A DNA stretch of 64,000 nucleotides from Eledone cirrhosa. Its lineage: Eukaryota. The position numbers were made by a program, and so were the translations under genes. Shown here piece after piece: positions 38,600-53,489 of the stretch; within the stretch, counting starts at the first letter, position 1; each line of letters begins with the position of its first letter. The stretch lies in the NCBI GenBank assembly GCA_964016885.1, contig OZ024746.1, positions 2,356,001-2,420,000 on the forward strand. The letters are read 5' to 3'. The notes under the pieces were generated by a model. That model worked only from the letters and a program-made list of their open reading frames with translations. It was not told the origin of the DNA and did not search any database.

Positions 38600-41500
38600 T
38601 GCTTAGTATAATGAGTTTAGTATAATGAGTGTAGTATAATGAGTTTAGTATAATGAGTTTAGTATAATGAGTTTAGTATATTGAGTTTAGTATATTGAGT
38701 GTAGTATATTGAGTTTAGTATATTGAGTTTAGTATATTGAGCTTAGTATATTGAGTGTAGTATATTGAGTGTAGTATATTGAGCTTAGTATTTTGAGTGT
38801 AGTATATTGAGTTTAGTATATTGAGTTTAGTATATCGAGTTTAGTATATTGAGTTTAGTATATTGAGTTTAGTATATTGAGTTTAGTATATTGAGTTTAG
38901 TATATTGAGTTTAGTATATTGAGTTTAGTATATTGAGTGTAGTATATTGAGTTTAGTATAATGAGTTTAGTATAATGAGTTTAGTATAATGAGTTTAGTA
39001 TATTGAGTTTAGTATATTGAGTTTAGTATATTGAGTGTAGTATATTGAGTTTAGTATATTGAGCTTAGTATATTGAGTGTAGTATATTGAGTTTAGTATA
39101 ATGAGTTTAGTATAATGAGTTTAGTATAATGAGTGTAGTATATTGAGTTTAGTATATTGAGTTTAGTATATTGAGTGTAGTATAATGAGTTTAGTATAAT
39201 GAGTTTAGTATAATGAGTTTAGTATAATGAGTTTAGTATAATGAGTTTAGTATAATGAGTTTAGTATATTGAGTTTAGTATATTGAGTTTAGTATATTGA
39301 GTGTAGTATATTGAGTTTAGTATATTGAGTTTAGTATATTGAGTTTAGTATATTGAGTGTAGTATATTGAGTTTAGTATAATGAGTTTAGTATAATGAGT
39401 TTAGTATAATGAGTGTAGTATATTGAGTTTAGTATATTGAGTTTAGTATATTGAGTGTAGTATAATGAGTTTAGTATAATGAGTTTAGTATATTGAGTTT
39501 AGTATATTGAGTTTAGTATATTGAGTGTAGTATATTGAGTTTAGTATATTGAGCTTAGTATATTGAGTGTAGTATATTGAGTTTAGTATAATGAGTTTAG
39601 TATAATGAGTTTAGTATAATGAGTGTAGTATATTGAGTTTAGTATATTGAGTTTAGTATATTGAGTGTAGTATAATGAGTTTAGTATAATGAGTTTAGTA
39701 TAATGAGTTTAGTATAATGAGTTTAGTATATTGAGTTTAGTATATTGAGTTTAGTATATTGAGTGTAGTATATTGAGTTTAGTATATTGAGTTTAGTATA
39801 TTGAGTTTAGTATATTGAGTGTAGTATATTGAGTTTAGTATAATGAGTTTAGTATAATGAGTTTAGTATAATGAGTGTAGTATATTGAGTTTAGTATATT
39901 GAGTTTAGTATATTGAGTGTAGTATAATGAGTTTAGTATAATGAGTTTAGTATATTGAGTTTAGTATATTGAGTTTAGTATATTGAGTGTAGTATATTGA
40001 GTGTAGTATATTGAGCTTAGTATTTTGAGTGTAGTATATTGAGTTTAGTATATTGAGTTTAGTATATCGAGTTTAGTATATTGAGTTTAGTATATTGAGT
40101 TTAGTATATTGAGTTTAGTATATTGAGTTTAGTATATTGAGTTTAGTATATTGAGTTTAGTATATTGAGCTTAGTATATTGAGCTTAGTATATTGAGTGT
40201 AGTGTTTTGAGTTTAGTATATTGAGTTTAGTATATTGAGAGTAGTATATTGAGCTTAGTATATTGAGTGTAGTATTTTGAGTTTAGTATATTGAGTTTAG
40301 TATATTGAGTTTAGTATATTGAGTGTAGTATATTGAGTGTAGTATATTGAGCTTAGTATATTGAGTGTAGTATATTGAGTTTAGTATAATGAGCTTAGTA
40401 TATTGAGTGTAGTATATTGAGTGTAGTATATTGAGTGTAGTATATTGAGTGTAGTATTTTGAGTGTAGTATTTTGAGTTTAGTATATTGAGTTTAGTATA
40501 TTGAGTTTAGTATATTGAGTTTAGTATATTGAGTGTAGTATATTGAGTGTAGTATATTGAGTGTAGTATATTGAGCTTAGTATATTGAGCTTAGTATATT
40601 GAGCTTAGTATATTGAGCTTAGTATTTTGAGCTTAGTATTTTGAGTTTAGTATATTGAGTTTAGTATATTGAGTTTAGTATATTGAGTGTAGAATATTGG
40701 GCTTAGTATATTGGGCTTAGTATATTGAGTGTAGTATATTGGGCTTAGTATATTGAGTGTAGTGTATTGAGTGTAGTATATTGAGTTTAGTATATTGAGT
40801 GTAGTATATTGAGTGTAGTATATTGAGTGCAGTATATTGGGCTTAGTATATTGAGTTTAGTATATTGAGTGTAGTATATTGAGTGTAGTATATTGGGCTT
40901 AGTATATTGAGTGTAGTATGTTGAGTGTAGTATGTTGAGTGTAGTATATTGAGTGTAGTATATTGAGTGTAGTATATTGAGTGTAGTATATTGGGCTTAG
41001 TATATTGAGTGTAGTATATTGAGTGTAGTATATTGAGTGTAGTATATTAAGTGTAGTATATTGAGTGTAGTATATTGAGTGTAGTATATTGAGTGTAGTA
41101 TATTGGGCTTAGTATATTGAGTGTAGTATATTGAGTGTAGTATATTGAGTTTAGTATATTGGGCTTAGTATATTGGGCTTAGTATATTGAGTGTAGTATA
41201 TTGAGTGTAGTATATTGAGTGTAGTATATTGGGCTTAGTATATTGGGCTTAGTATATTGAGTGTAGTATATTGAGTGTAGTATATTGAGTGTAGTATATT
41301 GAGTGTAGTATATTGGGCTTAGTATATTGAGTGTAGTATATTGAGTGTAGGATATTGAGTGTAGTATATTAAGTGTAGTATATTGAGTGTAGTATATTGA
41401 GTGTAGTATATTGGGCTTAGTATATTGAGTGTAGTATATTGAGTGTAGTATATTGAGTTTAGTATATTGGGCTTAGTATATTGGGCTTAGTATATTGAGT

Positions 41501-42757
41501 GTAGTATATTGAGTGTAGTATATTGGCTTAGTATATTGGGCTTAGTATATTGAGTGTAGTATATTGAGTGTAGTATATTGAGTGTAGTATATTGAGTGTA
41601 GTATATTGGGCTTAGTATATTGAGTTTAGTATATTGAGTGTAGTATATTGAGTGCAGTATATTGGGCTTAGTATATTGAGTGTAGTATATTGGGCTTAGT
41701 ATATTGAGTGTAGTATATTGGGCTTAGTATATTGAGTGTAGTATGTTGAGTGTAGTATATTGAGTGTAGTATATTGAGTGTAGTATATTGAGTGTAGTAT
41801 ATTGAGTTTAGTATATTGAGTGTAGTATATTGGGCTTAGTATATTGGGCTTAGTATATTGAGTGTAGTATATTGAGTGTAGTATATTGAGTGTAGTATAT
41901 TGAGTGTAGTATATTGGGCTTAGTATATTGAGTGTAGTATATTGGGCTTAGTATATTGAGTGTAGTATATTGAGTGTAGTATATTAAGTGTAGTATATTG
42001 AGTGTAGTATATTGAGTGTAGTATATTGAGTGTAGTATATTGAGTGTAGTATATTGGGCTTAGTATATTGAGTGTAGTATATTGAGTGTAGTATATTGAG
42101 TTTAGTATATTGGGCTTAGTATATTGGGCTTAGTATATTGAGTGTAGTATATTGAGTGAAGTATATTGGGCTTAGTATATTGAGTGTAGTATATTGAGTG
42201 TAGTATATTAAGTGTAGTATATTGAGTGTAGTATATTGAGTGTAGTATATTGAGTGTAGTATATTGGGCTTAGTATATTGAGTGTAGTATATTGAGTGTA
42301 GTATATTGAGTTTAGTATATTGGGCTTAGTATATTGGGCTTAGTATATTGAGTGTAGTATATTGAGTGAAGTATATTGGGCTTAGTATATTGAGTGTAGT
42401 ATATTGAGTGTAGTATATTGAGTGTAGTATATTGAGTGTAGTATATTGAGTGTAGTATATTGAGCTTAGTATATTGAGTGTAGTATATTGAGTGTAGTAT
42501 ATTGGGCTTAGTATATTGAGTGTAGTATATTGAGTGTAGTATATTGAGTGTAGTATATTGAGTGTAGTATATTGAGTGTAGTATATTGAGTGTAGTATAT
42601 TGAGTGTAGTATATTGAGCTTAGTATATTGAGTGTAGTATATTGAGTGTAGTATATTGGGCTTAGTATATTGAGTGTAGTATATTGAGTGTAGTATATTG
42701 AGTGTAGTATATTGAGTGTAGTATATTGAGTGTAGTATATTGAGTGTAGTATATTGG
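38600..42757. repeat. 14-bp satellite, about 300 copies
   Basis: Unit gagt(t/g)tagtata(t/a)t with a gggctt variant. Confidence 0.97.
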
Positions 42758-42907
42758 TTGTTGGTTTGTGCTGGTGAAAGAAATTAGGTTTTCATGACTA
42801 TTAAAAGATGTTTTCATGGTTTCTGTCCATATTAGAAAGTTTGTTTTCTTGAGAATTGGACAATTTGTAATTTGTTTCCATAGATTGGGATTGATCCATG
42901 AAGATAT

Positions 42908-44612
42908 ATCATCATCATCATCATCGTTTAACGTCCATCTTCCATGCTAGCATGGGTTTGGATGGGAATTGTCCCACTTGAGGTAAGAGTGGTTGTCTTG
43001 CTCGCATAGGACTGTCTGGCGGGTTTTTCTACGACTGGATGCCCTCCCTAACACCAACCACGTTTACAGTGTGGACTGGGAGGTTTTTACTGTGTTACCT
43101 ACATGGCCACATTACAGAGTGGACTCTGTTTTTTTTGTCGTGACACCTACACGACCTCATTTGTTTCGGACTGGATGTTGTGGTACCAACATAACTTTAC
43201 ATAGGAAGGGGTGGTGTGGATGGGGTGGGGGTAGTGGGGCCGGGGTGTATTTTGTTAGAGGTGCCTACTGACTGTAGGTTTCGCTTTGTACTTAGGCAAG
43301 GCGAGTCTTCTGTATTACTGTGTAGCACCAAAGGTCTCGGTCCAGTGACATTATCTTGGAGAGGTGTAAGTGTGTGAGGTCAGAATTTATCAAGTCATCC
43401 CAGGTTTTTCTGGGTCTGCCTACTCCGTGGCTACCGTCTATTTTTAATCGCCCTGCACTTTTTTATACAGCTGTCGTCTTTCATGGGCATCACGTGACCA
43501 TACCAACGTAGCCTTCTCTCGAGTAAACAACATCTGATCCCTCTTATTTCTAATTTTTCCTTTAGTTAGTTTATGCTTTGCTGTTCACATATATTACTAT
43601 TACACATCCAGCGGAGCATGCAAGCTTCGTTCCTCTCCAGTCTGTGTATATCCTCTGCACACAATGCCCAAGTCTCACTGCCATGTAACATTACTGTTCG
43701 TATGCAGGCATCATACAGCCTGCTTTTCATTTTTAGAGAGGAACCTTTAGCGGCCAATAGTGGTATAAGCTCTCTGAACTTTTTCCATCCCGTTCTGACT
43801 CTGGCTACTGTATTTTCAGAGCACCCTCCACCACTGCTGATTTTGTCACCCAGGTAACGGAAGGTGTCCACTATTTCTATAGAACCATGTGTGCAATGGA
43901 ATGAGCTAGTATTCTGTGGGCATTTGCTGTTACTTATTGCACCTGAGCACTGGCCACATATAAAATCTATATTCTTAGTTAGCTTACCTGTGATCCCACT
44001 ACATCTTTTATGCACCCATACTTTGGATTTGGGACATAAAATGGAGTTTCTGCCTACTCTTTTCCTACACACTGAGCATGGCCATTTCCCAGATGGAACC
44101 AGTGCCCTATTTTCCTTCCTACATTTTAGATCTTTAGTCTTAGACAAGTTAAATTTAAGGCCTTTTGATTCTAGGCCATGTTTCCATGTTTGGAATTTCT
44201 TCTCTAGTTCAGCCATTGATTCAGCTATGAGTGTTAGATCATCTGCGTATAGAAGTTCCCATGGGCAGCCGGTCTTGAACTCCTCTGTTATAGTCTGGAG
44301 GGCAATAATAAATAGGAGGGGGCTAAGAACGGAGCCCTGATGAACACCAACTTTTACGCTAAACTCTTCACTATATTCGTTGTTAATTCTAACCTTGCTG
44401 ACTGTTTCTTTATACATGGCTTGTATAGCTCTCACAAGCCATTCATCAACACCTAGTTTTCTGAGAGCCCACCAGATAATGGGGCGTAGGACTCTGTCAA
44501 AGGCTTTCTCCAAGTCAACAAAAGCTAAGTATAGAGGTTCACTTTTATCTAGGTACTACTCCTGTAGTTGTCATACAATGAAAAGAGTGTCTGTGGTACT
44601 TTTACCTGGCAG
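42908..44612 (-). mobile_element. Second, degenerate copy of the same RTE LINE
   Basis: ORF 43566..44513 closely matches the 56587 ORF (EKAFDRV, YADD); in-frame stops nearby; same 3' UTR and (ATC)n tail at 42908. Confidence 0.92.
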
Positions 44613-45158
44613 GAGTAATGGAGTCCATAGGAGACTTTTGTGTGTGTGTGTGTATGTGCACACGAGTGTGTGTGTGTATGTGCACACGAATGTGTGTATA
44701 TATGTGTGTGTATATAATATATGGAGGAAAAGGAAGTAGCAAATGTGGTTTCTTTTTCAGTGAGAGTTCTATTTTAGCATATAATAATGTATTCTATGCA
44801 AGTCAATAACCAGTTCACACTCCAATCTCCTTTAGCAAGCAAATTCCCTTCCAGATTATTTCAACTTAATAGACATTTATGAAGCCCCCTTAACTACCAT
44901 TTAATCTCCCATGAAATCCTATTGAAAGCCACTTTATTTTCCAACTTTTAACTACTTCCATTTTATTTCTTTAAATTTTCATTTCAACTTGCAAGGAAGT
45001 CCAACATTTCTGTTTAATTGAACGTTTGTTGGTTTAAGATACTTGCTTTAGTATATGTGTGTTTACACAAGTCTGTGTGTACTATTTAAATGTTTTCTTT
45101 TTAGTCAATCAAACATAAAATGTCCATCCACCAGTTTTAATGATGAGTAATCTTGTTT

Positions 45159-45665
45159 CATGGGAATAGCTTGTTGTCTGATCATGGGAATAGCGTGTCT
45201 GATCATGGGACTAGCTTGTTGTCTGATCATGGGAATAGCCTGTTGTCTGATCATGGAAATAGCTTGTTGTCTGATCATGGAAATAGCTTGTTGTCTGATC
45301 ATGGAAATAGCTTGTTGTCTGATCATGGGAATAGCTTATCTGATCATGGGAATAGCTTGTTGTCTGATCATGGGAATAGCTTGTTGTCTGATCATGGAAA
45401 TAGCTTGTTGTCTGATCATGGGAATAGCTTATCTGATCATGGGAATAGCTTGTTGTCTGATCATGGAAATAGCTTGTTGTCTGATCATGGAAATAGCTTG
45501 TTGTCTGATCATGGAAATAGCTTGTTGTCTGATCATGGGAATAGCTTATCTGATCATGGGAATAGCTTGTTGTCTGATCATGGGAATAGCTTGTCTGATC
45601 ATGGGAATATCTTGTCTGATCATGGGAATAGCCTGTTGTCTGATCATGGGAATAGCCTGTTCATG
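45159..45665. repeat. 24/21-bp minisatellite
   Basis: Unit gatcatgggaatagcttgttgtct. Confidence 0.95.
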
Positions 45666-45981
45666 AAATTATCATGTAAGTGGCTGAGCATTCCACAGAC
45701 ATGTGTACCCTTAAAGTAATTTACAAGTAGATTGAGTGTTACATATTTTGTGATAAGACTGACCTATTGAATTACTGGTATAGTTCATTTGATGGGCTTC
45801 CACACAGTTTCTGTCTACCCATTTTTCACTCCCAGGGCTTGGGTCAACTTGAAACTATAGAAATAGTGAAATTATCAGATGGGATACTTTGTGCTATTTC
45901 TTCTGATTCTGTTCTGAGTTCAAATGCTGCCATGTCCTACTTGGGGGAAGGTATTAAACTAGACAACAGTCTACCACCATA

Positions 45982-46240
45982 CATCTTTAGTGGACCACAT
46001 GTCTAGTTTAATACCTCCACCTCATCTTTAGTGGACCACATGTCTAGTTTAATACCTCCATCTCATCTTTAGTGGACCACAAGTCTAGTTTAATACCTCC
46101 ACCTCATCTTTAGTGGACCACATGTCTAGTTTAATACCTCCACCTCATCTTTAGTGGACCACATGTCTAGTTTAATACCTCCACCTCATGTGGACCACAC
46201 ATCTGGTTTAATACCCCCATCTCATACATCTTTAGTGGAG
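45982..46240. repeat. 41-bp tandem repeat, about 6 copies
   Basis: Unit catctttagtggaccacatgtctagtttaatacctccacct. Confidence 0.9.
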
Positions 46241-47465
46241 TCTACTCAACTGTTAGTTTTTAGACTACATGTCTAGTTTGAAGATACTTTCCCATTCACT
46301 TCCAGCTGTCTTAGAGGCACTGAAAAGGTTTGTGACACTTTAATAAATTCTGATTAAGCAAAAAAAAAAAAAATATTACTAATGTTCAGTTGGGTCTTTT
46401 TTTGTCAGTGAACGAAGAAAATACATGAACAAGTAGAAAGTTCCATAGAAATGCTATGTACGAGATAGGTTTGTTGGTATGTTTATATAAAACATTTGTG
46501 TATATACATTTGTCACTATGTATATTTGTGTGTATATGGGTGTTTGTGAGTGTGTTTGGGTATATAGAGAAGGAGTTAGTCTATAACTACCTTTTTTCAT
46601 TGTCTAATTTAAAAAAAAAATCATAATGTTTATGTACAACTGTCAACCTTTTGCTTTTAAATAATTTGTCTTCTCAGTCATACACAATTAAATTATGCAC
46701 ATTTTTTGAATTGAGAAACCATTATCGTAAACTATAATTTTGTAATGTAATATCTTTGATAATCAAATCAAATACCTATTTATTTAACATTTTTATATTA
46801 GTCACAGCCTTCTTTAGATTAACTTATAAGCTAGCAACAACATTCAGAATTCTGTTCATTTCTTTGTCATCATAAAAATTATGCATTGTCTTCCCTCTCT
46901 ACACTTAAAATCTGAATAATTCTATTTTAGTCACATTAAAAACAAATATTCTATGTTAACTACATTTTCATGAGTTGCAGATTGCTGGGTCATTTTGATG
47001 GTATACTAGTAGCAAAAAGTAGGGTTGGTGGTTTGAATCATATCACATAGGTAGTCTCTATATGGTCATTTCATCCTTCTAAAAATAGCAGACAAATATA
47101 CCTCAAATAACACTACCATTCTATAAAACGAAAGAACACAGTAGAATATTGAATTCCTCAATACGTCTAGAGGACGTCTTTTACTGTAGCTTTAGGGCAA
47201 TTAATACTTTGTTTTGTGAGTGGAATTTGATAGAAAGAAACTGTGTGGGAGCACATTTCGAGTATGTATGTTGTTTGCACTGAGTATCCACTATTGAGTT
47301 CTTGCTAATTCCGTTTCCATATTCTGTATATGCTCATAGTTAAATCAGCGTTTCTACTAAAACATTGGGGGTGAAAAATAACATAACTTACCTACTGAAT
47401 TTTTCTCTTGGCGGAGAGAGAGGGGGAGGGAGAGAGAGGGAGGGAGAGAGAGAGAGAGGGAGGGG

Positions 47466-47527
<62 letters not shown>

Positions 47528-48199
47528 AATGATCAAATATGGAGAATAGGTTAGTTATGTCAATATTCACTATATGAAAATTGATATTATAAACAAATAT
47601 ATGTTGATGATGTCTCAACAAAAACTAAAATGACTTCCATGTGTGTGAAACATAAATATAGTTTTCTATTGGATTGCTTTAAACCTTACCCATTAGATGC
47701 TATGTAGAGAGTGGTGATTTAAAAACATCAGTTAATCAGTTTATTTTGGACATAACACATTGCTATGATATCTCTGATTCTGGGACTTTGTGAGAATCTA
47801 CTGGCAAGCATTGTTATAATTTTAGCTAAATGTTTTCTTCAAAAATAGCTGCAAGCAAAGTTGCAAACATTATATATATATTATAAAGCAACAAGCCAAA
47901 ATATTATAAACAGAAAGTGGTTGTAATTTATCTACCACTACAACTTATAGAGTGTATCAACTTTCTGGCTGACATTTTAATGACTTTAGCAGCTTTGACT
48001 CTTATGAGTGCTGCTGAAAATAGTAAATTGCAACTACAGTTGTTAAACGTGTATAAACAGCTTCGATTAGAATCTATTCAACAAAACAGCTCATCAAAAA
48101 TACTATTTCAGAAACTAATTACTACAATTTGGCTTTTTAAATTATTTTGTTTGAATGATTAATTTGATTTTTATCCTGTAATTTCTGCATGGTACCTAC

Positions 48200-48319
48200 C
48201 TGTGCACTTTGTTTTATTAACAAGTTGGTAACCAGAATTACAAGAACATTTATAACCTCCTCTCAAATTGATGCAATTCTGCTGGCAGCCACCATTTTTT
48301 ACAGAACATTCATTGGAGT
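48200..48319 (-). CDS. cbEGF exon 4 (class D)
   Basis: AG/GT, 120 bp; [40 protein letters not shown]. Confidence 0.95.
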
Positions 48320-49011
48320 CTGAAATAGACACATTAATGATTTAGAAACAGAATCACATCAGTTGTTTAATATTTTTGTTTTACTAATTATATATTTGTT
48401 AATTGTATGTTTTATAATAAAACTTCCACAAGTTCTGGGAAAAAAGAAATCAATTGAATAGATTCCAGTGCATTTATTTTATTAACCCTAGCTGAAAGCT
48501 AGGGTTAACCTAGGTGAGATTTGAACACAGAATATAGAAAGCTAGAACATTATGAATTGTCATTTCTGTCATTCAACCACCTTAATGATAATTGTTTCTA
48601 CTTTTGGCACAAGGCCAGCAATTATCTCAGTGCATTACTGGTACTTTATTTTATTGACCCCGTAAGGATGAAAGGCAAAGTTAACCTCGGCAGGATTTGA
48701 ACTCAGAATGGCAAGGGCCATAACTCTGCATCAAATCATGGTGTCAGACCCTCTACCGATACTGCCAATCCACCGCCCCTTTATGATAATGTTGGTTTCT
48801 AAGATAAGTCTCTCTCTAAAGTCTGTCTCAAGCCAGGAGGCTCATCAGACCAGTACTTATCTTCAGTTTCATATCATATTCATTTATAGCGGAAATATTT
48901 TGACAGGAGTAATTTAGGAAAATATCACACAACCTCCTTCTCCTCATCCGGCTACCCAGGTTTTTCCTATTTTCTTAAAAACTTTCAATCAATGGAGGAT
49001 CTACTACTTAC

Positions 49012-49131
49012 CAGTGCAGTGTGTGGTATTAACTTTTATGTATCCAGATTTACATGTACACACAAAACTGCCATTAGTATTTTTACAACTATGATGGCAG
49101 CCACCATTGGAAAAGAGACATTCGTTCACAT
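49012..49131 (-). CDS. cbEGF exon 3 (class C)
   Basis: AG/GT, 120 bp; [40 protein letters not shown]. Confidence 0.95.
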
Positions 49132-49562
49132 CTAGAAAAAAAAAGGAAAAAAATCAAATGAAAATTACAATAAAGAAATTTATAATATAAGCCAAATCTA
49201 GATCTAAACTTAATCATATGCAGCAGCCATGTTTGGAGTTCTTATGGTGACCACATTCTCAGACCAAACATTGCCTTTCAAATCCTTAAAGTCAATAAAA
49301 CTAATACCAGTAATATAACGGTTTCTTATATAGGCACAAGGCCAGCAATTTTGGAGAAGGGAAAAGTCGATTAAATCGACCCCAGTGCAAGACTGGTACT
49401 TTATTTTATCGACCCTGCAAGGAAGAAAGGCAAAGTTGACCTCGGCGGCATTTGAACTCAGATCATAAAGGGATGTAACTCGATGGTGCAAAACATGGCG
49501 TCCAACCCTTTGATTATATTTCTCTGGTGGTAGTATTGCTGCTGTTGTCTGTTCCATCTGTA

Positions 49563-51860
49563 GTAGCAGTGTTGGTGTTGGTGGCAGTGTTGGTGTTGGT
49601 GGCAGTGTTGGTGTTGGTGGCAGTGTTGGTGTTGGTGGCAGTGTTGGTGTTGGTGGCAGTGTTGGTGTTGGTGGCAGTGTTGGTGTTGGTGGCAGTGTTG
49701 GTAGCAGTGTTGGTGTTGGTAGCAGTATTGGTGTTGGTAGCAGTGTTGGTGTTGGTGGCAGTGTTGGTGTTGGTGGCAGTGTTGGTGTTGGTGGCAGTGT
49801 TGGTGTTGGTGGCAGTGTTGGTGTTGGTGGCAGTGTTGGTAGCAGTGTTGGTGTTGGTAGCAGTATTGGTGTTGGTAGCAGTGTTGGTGTTGGTGGCAGT
49901 GTTGGTGTTGGTGGCAGTGTTGGTGTTGGTGGCAGTGTTGGTGTTGGTGGCAGTGTTGGTGTTGGTGGCAGTGTTGGTAGCAGTGTTGGTGTTGGTGGCA
50001 GTGTTGGTGTTGGTGGCAGTGTTGGTGTTGGTGGCAGTGTTGGTAGCAGTGTTGGTGTTGGTGGCAGTGTTGGTGTTGGTGGCAGTGTTGGTGTTGGTGG
50101 CAGTGTTGGTGTTGGTGGCAGTGTTGGTGTTGGTGGCAGTGTTGGTGTTGGTGGCAGTGTTGGTAGCAGTGTTGGTGTTGGTAGCAGTATTGGTGTTGGT
50201 AGCAGTGTTGGTGTTGGTGGCAGTGTTGGTGTTGGTGGCAGTGTTGGTAGCAGTGTTGGTGTTGGTGGCAGTGTTGGTGTTGGTGGCAGTGTTGGTGTTG
50301 GTGGCAGTGTTGGTGTTGGTGGCAGTGTTGGTGTTGGTGGCAGTGTTGGTGTTGGTGGCAGTGTTGGTAGCAGTGTTGGTGTTGGTAGCAGTATTGGTGT
50401 TGGTAGCAGTGTTGGTGTTGGTGGCAGTGTTGGTGTTGGTGGCAGTGTTGGTGTTGGTGGCAGTGTTGGTGTTGGTGGCAGTGTTGGTGTTGGTGGCAGT
50501 GTTGGTGTTGGTGGCAGTGTTGGTGTTGGTGGCAGTGTTGGTGTTGGTGGCAGTGTTGGTAGCAGTGTTGGTGTTGGTGGCAGTGTTGGTAGCAGTGTTG
50601 GTGTTGGTAGCAGTGTTGGTGTTGGTAGCAGTGTTGGTGTTGGTAGCAGTGTTGGTGTTGGTGGCAGTGTTGGTGTTGGTGGCAGTGTTGGTAGCAGTGT
50701 TGGTGTTGGTAGCAGTGTTGGTGTTGGTGGCAGTGTTGGTGTTGGTGGCAGTGTTGGTGTTGGTGGCAGTGTTGGTGTTGGTGGCAGTGTTGGTGTTGGT
50801 GGCAGTGTTGGTGTTGGTGGCAGTGTTGGTGTTGGTGGCAGTGTTGGTGTTGGTGGCAGTGTTGGTGTTGGTGGCAGTGTTGGTAGCAGTGTTGGTGTTG
50901 GTGGCAGTGTTGGTAGCAGTGTTGGTGTTGGTAGCAGTGTTGGTGTTGGTAGCAGTGTTGGTGTTGGTGGCAGTGTTGGTGTTGGTGGCAGTGTTGGTGT
51001 TGGTGGCAGTGTTGGTGTTGGTGGCAGTGTTTGTAGCAGTGTTGGTGTTGGTGGCAGTGTTGGTGTTGGTGGCAGTGTTGGTAGCAGTGTTGGTGTTGGT
51101 AGCAGTGTTAGTGGCAGTGTTAGTGTTGGTGTTGGTGTTGGTAGCAGTGTTAGTGGCAGTGTTAGTGTTGGTAGCAGTGTTGGTGTTGGTAGCAGTGTTG
51201 GTGTTGGTAGCAGTGTAGGTTGCAGTGTTGGTGTTGGTAGCAGTGATAGTGACAGTGTTGGTGTCAGTGGGGGTGGGGGTGACACTGTCACCCTCATTTC
51301 CACTGAAGTGAGGGTGACAGTGGGGTGGTAGTGGTGGAAGTGGAAGTGGTAGTGGTGGTAGTGGTGGAAGTAGTAGTGGTGGTGGTGGTAGTGGTGGTGG
51401 TGGTAGTAGTGGTGGTGGTAGTGGTAATAGTGATGGTAGTGATGGTAGTAGTGGTGGTGGTGGTGGTGGTAATGGTGGTGGAGGTGGTGGTAGCGGTGGT
51501 GGTGGTGGTGGTAGTGGAAGTGGTGGTAGTGGAAGTGGTGGTAGTTGAAATGGTGTTGGTAGTAGTAGTGGTAGTGGTGGTAGTGGTGGCAGTGGTAGTG
51601 GAGGTGGTGGTGGTAGTGGTCGTGGTGGTAGTGGAAGTGGTGGTGGTAGTAGTGGTGGCAGTGGTAGTGGTAGTAGTGGTGGTGGCGGTGGTAGTGGTGG
51701 CGGTGGTAGTGGTGGCGGTGGTAGTGGTGGTGGTAGTAGTGGTAGTGGTGGTGGTAGTAGTGGTGGTGGTAGTGGTGGTGGTAGTAGTGGTGGTGGTAGT
51801 TGGGGTAGTGGTGGTGGTAGTGGTGGTGGTAGTGGTGGTGGTAGTGGTGGTGGTGGTGAT
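49563..51860. repeat. 18/12-bp minisatellite followed by a (GGT/AGT)n tract
   Basis: Unit gg(t/c)agtgttggtgttggt-type repeat to about 51260, then (GGT)n from 51322 to 51860. Confidence 0.95.
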
Positions 51861-52914
51861 AGTGGTTGTGACATGGATATCGGTAGCAATGATGCTGTTA
51901 TTGATGTTGATGATGTCCCTGAGGTTTGTTGGCTTCAGCAACAGCAATGTAGTCTATAAATAGATTTTTGTCCCTTTTTGCCTTTCAAGTCTTTAAGGCT
52001 GCTAGGAAACCTTGTCAAGTTTTCTGACAAGAAGGGCTGATGCTATCTCTAGTATAGTTGATTTGTGTTTTCCCTTTGTCATTTTTGTTTTAAACATGCA
52101 GCTTATGAGAAATTATTTTTGGAAAATGAGAAAAAGTCCTCTGCCTGATCCACAGTAATAATATTATTAATGGCCTCAAGCGAAAAATGATGGAATATTT
52201 CCATAACAGCAAAACTATAAGAGAGAAGTGAGGCTATAAAATAAGAACATTTGGAAAGATAAAGATTTTCTTCATTTCAAAAAACATGGAAAATAGATAG
52301 ATATCCAAGGAGGATAAGCAGATTGTACCTGCAGCTGAAGAACAATCAGAAAACAAAGTGCTAGATGTGGATAAATGATAACAATACTGTTCAGGTATTT
52401 AGAGTAACAAACCGGAATACTAAAAGATGCAGAGTGACACAACAGTTGCAGATAGAATGTCAAAACACAAAGCAATACATATTTGACAAGCAAATAATTG
52501 TTTCTACTTTTGGCACAAAGCCAGGAATTATCCCAGTGTATTACTGGTATTTTATTTTATCGACCCTGTAAGGATGAAAGGCAAAGTTAACCTAGGTGGG
52601 ATTTGAACTCAGATCATAAAGGGCCGTAACTCTTTGCTGCAAAGCATGGTGTCAGACCCTCTACCGATACTGACAAGCAAATAATAAAGAGAACTGAGCT
52701 ACTGAAAATGAAGTTCTGTCATTGTTGGGGGCTCACCTTACCAACGTATCAAGTGATGCTTCCACTCTATGCCCTCAACTAACCACTATACTCAGTTCTT
52801 CCTGAGCAGAATGTTGGTCTTTTGGAACCCACTTTATGCCCATGTCTCCTTCCCTACAGATGTTGATTTGCAACAGTTTAAGATGAACATCAACAATGTT
52901 AGCCTCAGTCTTAA

Positions 52915-53141
52915 ACCTTTCATCACTACATTTCTAATGAAATAAACTCTGTTTTAATTAATTAAGAATTTTAAGAGATTTACTAACATTATTAATTATT
53001 TCATTACTAAGATAGTAACTTAATGTAAGGTTCTTATATAAAATTGTGGTGAAAGATCTTAATTTAAATTGGAAACTTTAAAATGAGTGGTTTTATTTCA
53101 TAGAACCAGAGCTGGTTTTGGCCGGATTGGTAACTAAAGGG
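52915..53141. mobile_element. piggyBac-like MITE, same family as 4163
   Basis: TTAA-flanked; alignable to 4163-4386 throughout. Confidence 0.75.
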
Positions 53142-53489
53142 TTAAAGGGTATGTGAAGGCCATGATTTCTGCCCATTCCCCCAGACCTAACAAGTAAAAC
53201 AATACATGAGAAAGGGACTGGATGCACCTTTAAGTAATTATGTAGAATCTGTTACTACATATATTTAAAAAAGAATTCTGTTACCTCTGTATTACAATAT
53301 TTGATTATATTAGGAAAAGTGAAAAACAACCTTACATCTACCGGAAGATGATAGAAGCAGACAAGGGTTACAAACAAAAGAAAAATAAGATGAAAAACTT
53401 GAAATAATCGATTTTAAATTTTAAACAGCGCTAGAGGGAAACTTTTATCTACTAATTGCATGGATAATGTCAGTTAATCAATTTTTTTC

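Noticed and set aside
45153-45719. 188-aa and 168-aa His/Cys-rich repeat ORFs
   Set aside because: Artefacts of the 24/21-bp minisatellite
49210-51963. Long ORFs (697, 791, 563, 217 and 212 aa) resembling mucin, extensin or antifreeze proteins
   Set aside because: Several frames on both strands are open because the 18/12-bp and GGT repeats lack stops; intronic, with no splice or domain support
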